Of a stretch of DNA of 39,550 bases, positions 13,916-23,094 are shown in pieces (the first letter of the stretch is position 1; each line of letters begins with the position of its first letter). The notes under the pieces are model-generated. The model ran no database searches and was not told the origin of the DNA. It was given only the letters and a program-made list of their open reading frames with translations. The stretch is taken from the IMG/VR virus record IMGVR_UViG_3300045988_164840; one strand, given 5' to 3'. The position numbers and the translations under genes are program-made. This DNA is from a virus.

Positions 13916-14842
13916 ATGAAAATGGGAAAACTGGTCGAACATCTGATGCCTTGTGCAATTTGTGGGGCTGTGCCGAAAATCAATGATGTTTACGACATAG
14001 ATCCGGAAAAAGCGGAACATTGTTACAAGCTGTTTTGCTCTGAAAATGGGGTACACAACAGCACCGGAGAATGGTTTGCAAACAAGTACAAGGCTTGTCA
14101 GGACTGGAACAGACGGCAGCAAGCTCTTGGAGAAACGATAGAAACACTTGGCAACAGGCTGAAACCTTGTCCGTTCTGCGGACGGAAAATGCAGTTTCAT
14201 AACGATGTGCAGATAGGCAGGGACGGAAAGCGGAGAAATTATTTGTATTTCCTGCATGAAGATTACGACATAAATAAAGAGGAATCCTGCATTCTGGATG
14301 ATATTTGTATGCCGTTTTCGATTGGAGCAGGCGATGCATGCCTTGAATCAGGCTGTATCGGCGAATATGCAACAAGATGGAACAAACGTGCTTACGATGA
14401 AAATCCAATGCATGAAATCAAACAGACGTTGCTTGGAACGATTCAGCCGCTGGAACGAACCGTGGAACTGCTCGAACAGCGAAACAAGGAACTGGAGCAG
14501 GAAAACGGGGAACAGAAGCAGATTATAAAGCGAACGAAACAGTGGAGAGTTAATAAGGACATCAAAAGCCCGTTTGCAAACATCTCCGGATTGTGTTGCG
14601 TTCATTGTGATCACAAAGATGAATACATCATCGAACTGGAAGAAGAAAACCAGAAGCTGAAACAGATGCTGAAAAAAGTAGCAGATGATGCAGAGGGGCT
14701 TTTTGAAGAGTGTGCGGAATATAGCCCGTATGAAGAATGTTTAGCAAACGAATACTGCCACTGCTGCAACAGTGATTGTGACGGGACACAATGCAAATGG
14801 CGGTATGAGGACGATGTGAAAAAGCTGCTGGGATTGGAGTGA
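13916..14842 (+). CDS. Tandem Lar-like (restriction-alleviation family) protein with a coiled coil and Cys-rich tail
   Basis: Two units, LMPCAICG..ACQDWNRR and LKPCPFCG..ATRWNKRA, resemble the Lar family pattern CPFCG...WNxR. These are followed by a coiled coil and CHCCNSDCDGTQC. Confidence 0.65.
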   Translation: MKMGKLVEHLMPCAICGAVPKINDVYDIDPEKAEHCYKLFCSENGVHNSTGEWFANKYKACQDWNRRQQALGETIETLGNRLKPCPFCGRKMQFHNDVQIGRDGKRRNYLYFLHEDYDINKEESCILDDICMPFSIGAGDACLESGCIGEYATRWNKRAYDENPMHEIKQTLLGTIQPLERTVELLEQRNKELEQENGEQKQIIKRTKQWRVNKDIKSPFANISGLCCVHCDHKDEYIIELEEENQKLKQMLKKVADDAEGLFEECAEYSPYEECLANEYCHCCNSDCDGTQCKWRYEDDVKKLLGLE

Positions 14843-14847
14843 TAAAA

Positions 14848-15090
14848 ATGTATGTGGAAATTCCGGAGAATTTGACCGAACGCACTGTAATCTTGGAATT
14901 TGGTGCAGATGCGTACAGATTTTACCAAAACAGAATCGAAGAAAGAAAGCGGAACGGGAAAATCTATTACAATCCGCTGAAGACAATCTATATTTGGGCA
15001 GTGCAGGATCGGAAATATCATCAGGGATATTGGTCAACATGGTTTGGCTATAACAAAGGTAAAAAGTGTAAAAATCATGGGAGGAGTTAA
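14848..15090 (+). CDS. Hypothetical protein (80 aa)
   Basis: ATG 14848 follows GGAGTG. Confidence 0.5.
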   Translation: MYVEIPENLTERTVILEFGADAYRFYQNRIEERKRNGKIYYNPLKTIYIWAVQDRKYHQGYWSTWFGYNKGKKCKNHGRS

Positions 15091-15094
15091 AATA

Positions 15095-15415
15095 ATGGCA
15101 AAACACAATCTCAGAGAGCTTGACCAAGGGCAGCTTCAGACGATGTGGAACTTTTTAAAGCTGCAACGCAAAAACACCTGCACTAAAGAGGATGTCAGGA
15201 TACTAAAAGAGCATCTGGACATCATCCGGCAAGCAATGGTACAGAAAACAGCTGGTCAGAGAGATACAGACCCAGATACATATGTTGATTTTGTCGACAT
15301 CGGCACATATATCAACTTTGTTGTGATTGAGGCGTTGCAGTTGCGTATATATGGTGGCTTAGATGTGCTGGAAGAGGTGTTGCCGGATGAAGAACACAAG
15401 GATGATAAGACGTGA
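15095..15415 (+). CDS. Hypothetical protein (106 aa)
   Basis: ATG 15095 follows GGGAGGAG. Confidence 0.6.
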   Translation: MAKHNLRELDQGQLQTMWNFLKLQRKNTCTKEDVRILKEHLDIIRQAMVQKTAGQRDTDPDTYVDFVDIGTYINFVVIEALQLRIYGGLDVLEEVLPDEEHKDDKT

Positions 15416-15908
15416 ATGGTATGCCAGTCATGGAATTTGTGTAGAGTGCGGACAAAGAGAAGCAGAACCACACAAAAGGAAATGTTGGGAATGTAGCGAA
15501 AAGAAAGCTGAATACAACAGGAAATATAATGCAAACATGACACCGGAGCAGAAAGAAAAAAACAGCATCAGGCATAAAAAAATGTATGAAAGCAGAAAAG
15601 CCACTGGAATTTGCGTCTATTGCGGAAAGAAACCAGCGGTATCTGGTAAAGTTGCATGCGTGATGTGTGCAAAACGGGATGCAAAAAGGCACATGGAAAA
15701 GAACCGGAAAATGGGGATGTTACCAAGGTGTCTGTTTGGCGATGGATACCACTGCGTAATCTGTGGCAAGGATATTGATAACGGCAAAAAGCAGTGTGAT
15801 AAATGCTATCGTAACTCTGTGCATGCTTTGGAGATTGCGAGAGCAAACATTCAAGGAGGATGGAAAAATCAAGATTTTGTATTTGGAAGTGGGGAAAAGA
15901 AGGTGTAG
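15387..15908 (+). CDS. Multi-zinc-finger protein (six CxxC pairs)
   Basis: CVECG, CWEC, CVYCG, CVMC, CVICG and CDKC. The start is uncertain (ATG 15387 or 15402). Confidence 0.6.
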   Translation: MKNTRMIRREWYASHGICVECGQREAEPHKRKCWECSEKKAEYNRKYNANMTPEQKEKNSIRHKKMYESRKATGICVYCGKKPAVSGKVACVMCAKRDAKRHMEKNRKMGMLPRCLFGDGYHCVICGKDIDNGKKQCDKCYRNSVHALEIARANIQGGWKNQDFVFGSGEKKV

Positions 15909-15912
15909 TGGC

Positions 15913-16596
15913 ATGAATTGCGGTGAAGATTGCCCGTCTAATGAGAAAGACAGAAATTCTCTTCCATGTTGCAATTGTGAGAGAAGGAATGCGATTGTAA
16001 AAAAGGAAGAGGAAGAAAGGAAAAGAATGAAAGAAAACGTGAAACTGAGGAATAGAAAGGCGAAAATGGGTGACATTCAAGACATTCAAAAGGAAATCGA
16101 AATCCTAAAAAACGAAATGACAGACTTGAAGAAGATGTTACAAGAGAAACCATTATCACAGGATGGTTTGCAAAAAGAAGCGGCAACGAAGCAGGATCAG
16201 ACAGAATCAGAATTTTGGATGCCTGACTATGGAGAACCGTTTTTTGCTGTTGATGCCGTTTATGGGGTTACTGAATGCATTTTTGAAGAAGGAGACGATC
16301 TTGATTATATGATGGTTGGAAACTGCTTTGCAACAGCAGAACGTGCGGAGCAGGTTTCAAAGAAGTTGGAATTTCTATTTCGACTGGAGCAGTTGCACGA
16401 TCAATTCTGCCCGGAATTTGAACCAGACTGGAATGACCATGACACTCCGAAAATCGCAGTTCATTTTGACTGTGAAAAAGATAAAATGGTTTCCACTTGT
16501 ACTTATTCTGAAAAATCTGTTTATGAGGTTTATTTTGATAGCTTCGAAACAGCTGATAAAGTGGCAGCGATATTAAACAGAGAAAGGAAGCGTTGA
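15913..16596 (+). CDS. Hypothetical protein. The C-terminal half is paralogous to the next gene.
   Basis: ATG 15913. N-terminal CGEDC..CCNC, then a coiled coil, then WMPDYGEPFF..AERAEQVSKKLEFLFRLEQLHDQFCPEFEPDW... Confidence 0.65.
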   Translation: MNCGEDCPSNEKDRNSLPCCNCERRNAIVKKEEEERKRMKENVKLRNRKAKMGDIQDIQKEIEILKNEMTDLKKMLQEKPLSQDGLQKEAATKQDQTESEFWMPDYGEPFFAVDAVYGVTECIFEEGDDLDYMMVGNCFATAERAEQVSKKLEFLFRLEQLHDQFCPEFEPDWNDHDTPKIAVHFDCEKDKMVSTCTYSEKSVYEVYFDSFETADKVAAILNRERKR

Positions 16597-16597
16597 A

Positions 16598-17044
16598 ATG
16601 AATGACAACGAAAAGAAATTGGAAGCCCTGAAGCCGTGGAAGCCGGAGCGTGGAGAAGAGTATTTTACAATCGAAAACGGTGTTGATGTTGTCCGGTATA
16701 TTTATATTGGAGATGATATTGACGAATCTTGTATCTTATCCGGCAACTACTTTCCGACAAGAGAACGTGTCGAACAAGTCGCAGAGAAAATGCGGTTGCT
16801 GTTACGGTTGGAACAGCTGCATGATATGCTTTGCCCGGATTATGTGCCAGACTACGAAGATGATGATGAAGTAAAGTACCATGTTTATTTTGACCATTTT
16901 CTAGACAGATATGACATAAGTTACAGTACCAGACGGGAAAATCCGTGCATGGTGGCTTTTGACACCAAGAAAAACGCCCTAAAAGCAGCAGAAATTTTAA
17001 ATAAGGAACTGGAGGAATCAGGATGTGCAAAGAAAAAGAACTGA
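16598..17044 (+). CDS. Hypothetical protein, a paralog of the 15913-16596 C-terminal domain
   Basis: WKPERGEEYF..RERVEQVAEKMRLLLRLEQLHDMLCPDYVPDY.. aligns colinearly with the preceding gene product. Confidence 0.7.
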   Translation: MNDNEKKLEALKPWKPERGEEYFTIENGVDVVRYIYIGDDIDESCILSGNYFPTRERVEQVAEKMRLLLRLEQLHDMLCPDYVPDYEDDDEVKYHVYFDHFLDRYDISYSTRRENPCMVAFDTKKNALKAAEILNKELEESGCAKKKN

Positions 17045-17607
17045 CAGAAGCAGCCTATCGCTACTATGTGGATGAAGCATGCATTGAGGATATCGCAAAG
17101 CAGTTGCATCGGTCATACAATTACACACGGCTGATCATAAAAAAATATCGGGGTGCGTTCTGGGATGCGATTATCATGCATTGGTTGGAGCGGGAAAAGA
17201 AGTTGCAGGCAGTTGCTGACGAATATTTCAATGGGACGATGACCACGGAACAAATCAAAGAAACTTTTCACGTGTCCGGTGACACTGTCCGAGAAGTCGC
17301 TCAGAAACAAAAACCACCTTTTACAGAGAAGCCGGAATTTACACCGGAAGAATTGGAAATGGAAAAGATGTTTCGCTTCGAATCGGAAGAAACGGAAAAT
17401 CTGTTTGGAATCCGAAAAAAGAAGAAACGGAAGCCGATTTACGGAATTTACAACCGCACTACCGGCAGATGGATACAGGGCTGCTTACAAGGGAAGATTC
17501 AGACAATTTTATTTACCTCTATTAAGGCATGCAAGCAGGAACGCACAGAACGCAATCTGAATCCGGAGGAATTTAAAGCGGCTCTGTACGGATGGAGGAT
17601 GGAATGA
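17023..17607 (+). CDS. Hypothetical protein with an N-terminal HTH-like segment
   Basis: GGAGG RBS. Contains ACIEDIAKQLHRSYNYTRLIIKKY. Confidence 0.6.
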   Translation: MCKEKELTEAAYRYYVDEACIEDIAKQLHRSYNYTRLIIKKYRGAFWDAIIMHWLEREKKLQAVADEYFNGTMTTEQIKETFHVSGDTVREVAQKQKPPFTEKPEFTPEELEMEKMFRFESEETENLFGIRKKKKRKPIYGIYNRTTGRWIQGCLQGKIQTILFTSIKACKQERTERNLNPEEFKAALYGWRME

Positions 17608-17963
17608 CAGAATATCAACATCAGAGAACCGTTATGGAGTGGTCGTGCTATGCCAGCAATCGCATACGCTATCCGGGGTTAGATTTGCTGTATCATATCC
17701 CGAATGAGATCAAATGCAATGCAGCACAAGGCAAACAGCGAAAAGATATTGGCGTAAAGTCTGGCGTACCGGATTTGTGCTTGCCGGTTGCACGTGGGCA
17801 GTATCACGGGTTGTACATAGAGATGAAAGCAGAACGGGGCAGAGTATCCGAAAACCAGAAGAAATGGCTGAAACGATTGATGGAGCAGGGTTATCTTGCA
17901 AAGGTCTGCTATGGGTTCGACGAAGCAATCCGGTGCATTAAGGAGTATTACGATGAAAGATAA
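17592..17963 (+). CDS. VRR-NUC domain nuclease
   Basis: GVKSGVPDLCLPVARGQYHGLYIEMKAERGRVSENQKKWLKRLMEQGY matches the VRR-NUC pattern (PD..E-x-K). Confidence 0.85.
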   Translation: MEDGMTEYQHQRTVMEWSCYASNRIRYPGLDLLYHIPNEIKCNAAQGKQRKDIGVKSGVPDLCLPVARGQYHGLYIEMKAERGRVSENQKKWLKRLMEQGYLAKVCYGFDEAIRCIKEYYDER

Positions 17964-18312
17964 ACAGGCAGAAACCAGTCAGGAAAACGTGTTTTTCTCC
18001 AGACTGGAAAAAGAAAAAATCAAATTAGCTGCTTTGGAAGATTACAAGCAAAAACATGAAGAAGAAGACCCTGAAGCAGAACAGATGTGCCAGAAGCAAC
18101 GAAAAGTGGTCGAAGCATGCCGGACAGAAATTAAAACGGCGATACATCAGCTTAGAGATCCAGTTGCAGAAGCAATCCTGATTCGCAAGTATTTAAACAT
18201 GGAGCAGGTTCAGGACATTGCAAATCATATGCATTATTCAGAACGTACAATCAGCTACAAGCTGCAAGAAGCACTCCAAAAGTTTGCAGACAATTGCGGT
18301 GATTTGCAGTAA
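17953..18312 (+). CDS. Sigma-70 region-4-like HTH protein, a likely late-gene activator (RinA/DUF1492-like)
   Basis: ATG 17953 follows AAGGAG. Contains ILIRKYLNMEQVQDIANHMHYSERTISYKLQEALQKF. Last gene before the packaging module. Confidence 0.6.
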   Translation: MKDKQAETSQENVFFSRLEKEKIKLAALEDYKQKHEEEDPEAEQMCQKQRKVVEACRTEIKTAIHQLRDPVAEAILIRKYLNMEQVQDIANHMHYSERTISYKLQEALQKFADNCGDLQ

Positions 18313-18362
18313 AATTCGTTGTTTTTCTTGTAAATAAATGATACAATTATAATATGGATTTT

Positions 18363-18397
18363 GCCGATATAGGGAAATACCTGTATCGGCATTTTTG
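18363..18397 (+). terminator. Rho-independent terminator ending the early operon
   Basis: GCCGATA-N14-TATCGGC followed by ATTTTTGTT. Confidence 0.7.
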
Positions 18398-18423
18398 TTA
18401 ATATTGACGATGGAGGGGAAAAC

Positions 18424-18498
18424 ATGAAGAATCCATGCAAAGCAGCCTATCAAATTGAACGGTCAGATGCTGATAAGCATGTGATGGAAGATGGATGA
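18424..18498 (+). CDS. Possible 24-aa leader ORF coupled to the small terminase gene
   Basis: GGAGGGG lies 5 nt before ATG 18424. Its stop overlaps ATG 18491 of the next gene, which has no RBS of its own. Confidence 0.3.
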   Translation: MKNPCKAAYQIERSDADKHVMEDG

Positions 18499-18832
18499 AC
18501 CGAACGTAAAACCGCAATATAAATTAGTTGCAACTTATTACTGCGGAGAATGTGCCGGAAATGCGGAACAATCCGTAATTCGGGCAGGATATTCCAAAAA
18601 GTATGCAAGGGGCAATGCCACTAAATTAGTTGCACGTCCGGAAGTACAACAGTATATTGCATATCTGAATAGCTTGTGTGAAAATGATCCACGAAAGCAT
18701 GTGGCGACCATTGCAGAGATTCAATCGTTCTGGACGGAAATTTTTCTGGATGAAAAGCAAGATATGCGTTTCCGGCTGAGAGCATCGGAATTACTTGCAA
18801 GAGCAAAAGGGATGTTTACGAATGAATGGTAG
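18491..18832 (+). CDS. terS: Terminase small subunit (Terminase_2-like)
   Basis: CAGNAEQSVIRAGYSKKYARGNATKLVARPEVQQYI matches the NATQAAIRAGYS.. signature. Confidence 0.8.
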   Translation: MDEPNVKPQYKLVATYYCGECAGNAEQSVIRAGYSKKYARGNATKLVARPEVQQYIAYLNSLCENDPRKHVATIAEIQSFWTEIFLDEKQDMRFRLRASELLARAKGMFTNEW

Positions 18833-19532
18833 TTTCTATCAGTCGAAGCCTTGGGTGAAATTGATGGCAGTTCTCCGGATGGAACGGGTAAACGAAAAGG
18901 GAGAATTGCTGTGTGAATTTTGCGGAAAGCCGATTGTGCATAAGTATGATTGCATCGGACATCACAAAATCGAACTGACTGACCAAAACATAACAGATGC
19001 AATGATTGCATTGAATCCAGACAATGTCATGTTGGTGCATCATCATTGCCACAACAAGATTCACAACAAGCTGGGATATTACACACGACAAGTCTATCTG
19101 GTGTATGGCTGTCCGTTGTCTGGTAAGACAACACTGGTACAGCAGAGTATGTCAGCTGGTGATTTGGTTGTGGATATGGATAACATTTGGCAATGCATCA
19201 GCATGCAAGAACGATATGTCAAACCACCAAGGCTGAACGCTGTTGCATTTGGTGTGCGTGATCTGCTGATTGATATGATTCGCACACGGCGAGGGAAATG
19301 GCAGAACGCCTATCTGATTGGCGGCTATCCATTGAGCAGCGAACGGGAACGATTGCAGAAGAGTTTGAACGCTCGTGAAATCTTTGTGGATACCAGCAAG
19401 GAAGAATGCTTAGACCGTTTGCGAAATCTTTCTGACAATAGAGATAAAGAAATGTGGGAAAAATTTATTTTGGATTGGTGGGAAAAATTTTTGCCCACCC
19501 CCCACATCGAAAAAAGAACGAGTGAGGGCTAA
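18822..19532 (+). CDS. HNH endonuclease fused to a P-loop NTPase/kinase-like domain
   Basis: CEFCGKPI..HHKIEL..HHHCHNKIH (HNH), then VYLVYGCPLSGKTTL (Walker A). Confidence 0.8.
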   Translation: MNGSFYQSKPWVKLMAVLRMERVNEKGELLCEFCGKPIVHKYDCIGHHKIELTDQNITDAMIALNPDNVMLVHHHCHNKIHNKLGYYTRQVYLVYGCPLSGKTTLVQQSMSAGDLVVDMDNIWQCISMQERYVKPPRLNAVAFGVRDLLIDMIRTRRGKWQNAYLIGGYPLSSERERLQKSLNAREIFVDTSKEECLDRLRNLSDNRDKEMWEKFILDWWEKFLPTPHIEKRTSEG

Positions 19533-19615
19533 CTGATGATAGGGGTGCAGCCGTCTCGCAGAAACCTGAAAAATGAGATTTTTGGATTTGAAATTCTGGA
19601 AGATGGTGGAAAGAA

Positions 19616-19927
19616 ATGAATCGAAGAGAAGAATTGCTGAAAATCGTGAATGAATCGAACAGCATTGCAATTTTGCCCTTGATTGACCGCATGATTTTTC
19701 TGGAAACAAAGCTGGAAGAACTAGAAAAGCTGCCGATGATTCGGATCAATGCAGAAAATCCGTCTCAGCAGAAAGCAACACCGGCAGCAAAACAGTATCG
19801 GGAATTTCTGCAACAGTACACGAATGTTGTGAAAATTGTCGCCCGTATTTCCGATGACAACGGAGATCAGCAGGAAAGTCCATTGCGAGCGTGGGCAAGA
19901 GAAAGAGGGATGGACTGTGCATGTTAA
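19616..19927 (+). CDS. Second small-terminase-like / packaging accessory protein (P27-type by position)
   Basis: 103 aa, immediately upstream of TerL and overlapping it (ATGTTAA), downstream of the HNH gene. This is the classic HNH-TerS-TerL order. The family call is tentative. Confidence 0.5.
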   Translation: MNRREELLKIVNESNSIAILPLIDRMIFLETKLEELEKLPMIRINAENPSQQKATPAAKQYREFLQQYTNVVKIVARISDDNGDQQESPLRAWARERGMDCAC

Positions 19928-21627
19928 TCAAGGAAAAGAAAATCTGGACACCGGATAATTCTTTTTTGCTGGAATACCATGCACGGATTGCATGTGGTGA
20001 AATCCTTGTCGGACAGGAATTGTGGCAGGAGTTAGAAAACTTAAAAGCCGATTTTCTGAACGATGCCTTTTATTATGATACCAAAGATGCACGAATCCGG
20101 ATCAATTTCATGGAAAAGTGCGTCCGGCTGACAAAATCGCCGTATTATAATCAGCCGATGGTGCTGATGCTCTGGCAAAAGGCTTTTATCGAAGCAATCT
20201 ACAGCTTCAAGATGAGTGAAACCACATTTGACCGGTTCAAAAAAATCATTTTGCTGATTGCCAGAAAGAATACAAAGTCGGAAACTTGTTCTGCTTTGGG
20301 TTTGTCTGAATTGATTGTTGGCAATAATGGTGCAGATATTGTATGCAGTTCCAACGATGACAATCAAGCAAGCATTACTTACGATGCAATTGACACCATG
20401 CGGCGGTTGATTGATCCGGACGATTTGGACACAAAGCGAAATCAGCGATTTATCCTCAATAAAGTGAATGGGTCGAAGATTTTTAAGCTGTCCGACCGGA
20501 CAAAAAACAAAGAAGGGCGTAATATTGATTTCGCAATCATAGACGAAACCCACGAAATGAAAGAAAACATCATCGGGAAATCTATTGAACAGTCGCAGAG
20601 CTTGAAAGAAAACCCGAAATTTATCAATATCACGACCGAAGGCTTTGTGGTCGGCGGCTATTTAGACGATGAACTGAAAAAAGCACGGGCTGTAATCAGT
20701 GGAGAAGATGACACGCTTGCAGGGCAGCGACTTTTGCCGTGGCTTTATACACAGGATTCTGAAAACGAAGTGTGGCAGGATGAACGCACTTGGGTAAAAA
20801 GCAATCCAACGCTGGGAATCGTGAAAAAATGGGATTACCTGCGAGAACAGGTAGATCTTGCACGGTCATCCAAAGCGGATCGTATTTTTGTATTGCCAAA
20901 AGATTTTAATATCAAGCAAAATGCAGTAGAATCGTGGCTAAATCTGGAAGACTATGATTATGGTGCAGTTTATGATTTGGAAGAATTTCGTGGCTGCATT
21001 TGTTTGGGTGCAGTGGACTTGTCAGAAACAACCGACCTGACTTGTGCAAAGATTTTGATGATGAAGCCGGACGACAAAACCAAATACATTCACACCATGT
21101 ATTTTATTCCACAGTCAAAGTTAGAAGATTCAGATGACTGGATTGCTGGTGCAAGGTATAAAGATTGGGCAAAATCCGGACTGCTTACAATTACAGACGG
21201 AACAGACATTGATTTGTCTGTGGTTGCAGATTGGTTTTACAAGCTGTACACGGATTATGACATCCGTCTGTGGCGGTGCGGATATGATCAGCGATTTAGC
21301 CGTGACTGGATGAATCGTATGGATTATTATGGCTGGACGAAACAAAATGAAGATTTGGTGCTGATTTTGCAGAACGCTTACACATTATCCAATGCACTGA
21401 AATATTGTGAAGCAGACCTGAAACATCAGCTGATTAACTATAATAACAATGAGATTGATAAATGGTGCTTGAAAAACGCTGGTATTAAAACCGTTGATAA
21501 TTTTGCTCTATGTGTGAAAACAGAACGTGCGAAGCGAATTGACGGGGCTGTTACGATGATTATTTTGTATGAGATGTACAGAAGATACCGCACAGACTTT
21601 ACACAGCTGATTCGGCAATCCAGATAG
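19921..21627 (+). CDS. terL: Terminase large subunit
   Basis: Contains ARKNTKSE (Walker A-like), DFAIIDETHE (Walker B) and a C-terminal nuclease region. GTG 19891 is an alternative start. Ends in TAG. Confidence 0.92.
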   Translation: MLIKEKKIWTPDNSFLLEYHARIACGEILVGQELWQELENLKADFLNDAFYYDTKDARIRINFMEKCVRLTKSPYYNQPMVLMLWQKAFIEAIYSFKMSETTFDRFKKIILLIARKNTKSETCSALGLSELIVGNNGADIVCSSNDDNQASITYDAIDTMRRLIDPDDLDTKRNQRFILNKVNGSKIFKLSDRTKNKEGRNIDFAIIDETHEMKENIIGKSIEQSQSLKENPKFINITTEGFVVGGYLDDELKKARAVISGEDDTLAGQRLLPWLYTQDSENEVWQDERTWVKSNPTLGIVKKWDYLREQVDLARSSKADRIFVLPKDFNIKQNAVESWLNLEDYDYGAVYDLEEFRGCICLGAVDLSETTDLTCAKILMMKPDDKTKYIHTMYFIPQSKLEDSDDWIAGARYKDWAKSGLLTITDGTDIDLSVVADWFYKLYTDYDIRLWRCGYDQRFSRDWMNRMDYYGWTKQNEDLVLILQNAYTLSNALKYCEADLKHQLINYNNNEIDKWCLKNAGIKTVDNFALCVKTERAKRIDGAVTMIILYEMYRRYRTDFTQLIRQSR

Positions 21628-21638
21628 GGGGTGATCGC

Positions 21639-22943
21639 TTGGGCTGGTTACGTGATCAGTTCGATAAATTGATCCATGGAAGCAAGAATAAAAAGTATGC
21701 AGACATCCTGAACGGATTCACACCGATTTATTCGCAGTTTGGGCAGAACATCTATGCGAGCGATGTTGTACAGCAGGCAATCAATTGCATTGTTTCGGAG
21801 TGCAAAAAACTGATTCCGATGCACGTGAAAAAGGATGGCTCTGATTCTATTCCGATTCAGAGCGGATTGCAAACGCTGCTGAACGCCCCGAATGAACTGA
21901 TGGCAACAGCAGATTTCATTGAAAAAGTGATTTGGCAGTTGTATTTGAACTATAATGCATTTATTATTCCGACTTATTACACCCGACAGGATGCAAATGG
22001 CAGCGTGACAAAGGTTTATACTGGATTATATCCGATTGCACCGCAGAATGTTGTGTTTTTGCAGGATGCAGCTGGAAAACTGTTTGTAAAATTCACATTT
22101 GCGAACAATTATGAAACAACGCTGAACTATGCAGACATCATTCACATCCGGAAAAATTACAGTGTGAGTGAATATATGGGTGGGAATGAATGTGGACAGC
22201 CAGACAATCAAGCGTTGCTGGACACATTGGATCTAAACTATAAATTACTGCATAATTTGTCAGTTGCGATGTCTTCCAGCTGTGCGGTCAATGGGGTCGT
22301 TAAGTACAATACCATAATGGATGACGGCAAGACAGAAGCAGCAATGAAAGAACTGGAAGAAAAACTCGCAAAATCGCAGAGTGGATTCTTAGCATTGGAC
22401 AACAAGTCGGAATTTGTTCCAATCACCCGAACTGTAAAATTTGTGGATGCAGATACGCTCAAATTTATTGATGAAAAGATACTGCGATACTTTGGTGTTC
22501 CGCTGTGTATTTTGACAGGGGACTATACAAAGGAACAATACGAAGCATTCTTCCAGAAAACCATTGAACCGATTGTCATATCGCTGTCGCAGAACTTTAC
22601 AAAGGTTCTTTTGACTGCACGAGAACAGTCATTTGGAAATGAAATTACATTCTACACGAAAAATCTGGTCTTTATGACAACGGATCAGACTTTGGAAATG
22701 ATACGCTTGTTGGGAGATTGCGGTAGTTTGTACGAAAACGAAAAACGGGCAGCATTTGGAATGCGTCCGTTGAAAGAATTGTCCGGTGTGCGGATGATGT
22801 CATTAAATTACATCAATGTAAATGATGCAAAGCAATATCAAACACAAGCGAGAGCCATAGCAATGAAAAATAATGGCTGCTGTGTGCAACCAACAAATAT
22901 CCAAAATTGTAAGGAAGGTGGAAGCACGGATGAAGGAACTTAA
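21639..22943 (+). CDS. Portal protein (HK97 family)
   Basis: 434 aa, directly after TerL. TTG start follows AGGGGGTG. The sequence is typical of Phage_portal. Confidence 0.88.
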   Translation: MGWLRDQFDKLIHGSKNKKYADILNGFTPIYSQFGQNIYASDVVQQAINCIVSECKKLIPMHVKKDGSDSIPIQSGLQTLLNAPNELMATADFIEKVIWQLYLNYNAFIIPTYYTRQDANGSVTKVYTGLYPIAPQNVVFLQDAAGKLFVKFTFANNYETTLNYADIIHIRKNYSVSEYMGGNECGQPDNQALLDTLDLNYKLLHNLSVAMSSSCAVNGVVKYNTIMDDGKTEAAMKELEEKLAKSQSGFLALDNKSEFVPITRTVKFVDADTLKFIDEKILRYFGVPLCILTGDYTKEQYEAFFQKTIEPIVISLSQNFTKVLLTAREQSFGNEITFYTKNLVFMTTDQTLEMIRLLGDCGSLYENEKRAAFGMRPLKELSGVRMMSLNYINVNDAKQYQTQARAIAMKNNGCCVQPTNIQNCKEGGSTDEGT

Positions 22944-23085
22944 TTATGCATCTTGCTGGAAGTTGCTGGGATTGTCCTCTGATGTTGCAACACTCAAGAC
23001 AGATTACGATGAAGGCACAATGTTTCTTGCAGCAGATACCGGCGATGTCTATATTTTGTACCAGTCAAAATGGTACAAGCTGTAA
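22930..23085 (+). CDS. Hypothetical 51-aa protein
   Basis: ATG 22930 follows GGAAGGTGG. Overlaps the portal gene end by 14 nt. Confidence 0.5.
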   Translation: MKELNYASCWKLLGLSSDVATLKTDYDEGTMFLAADTGDVYILYQSKWYKL

Positions 23086-23094
23086 AGGTGGTGT

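Noticed and set aside
19533-19615. Intergenic region before the P27-position gene as the cos site
   Set aside because: The position is plausible for HNH-type cos phages, but nothing in the sequence alone identifies cohesive ends. Terminus mapping is needed.
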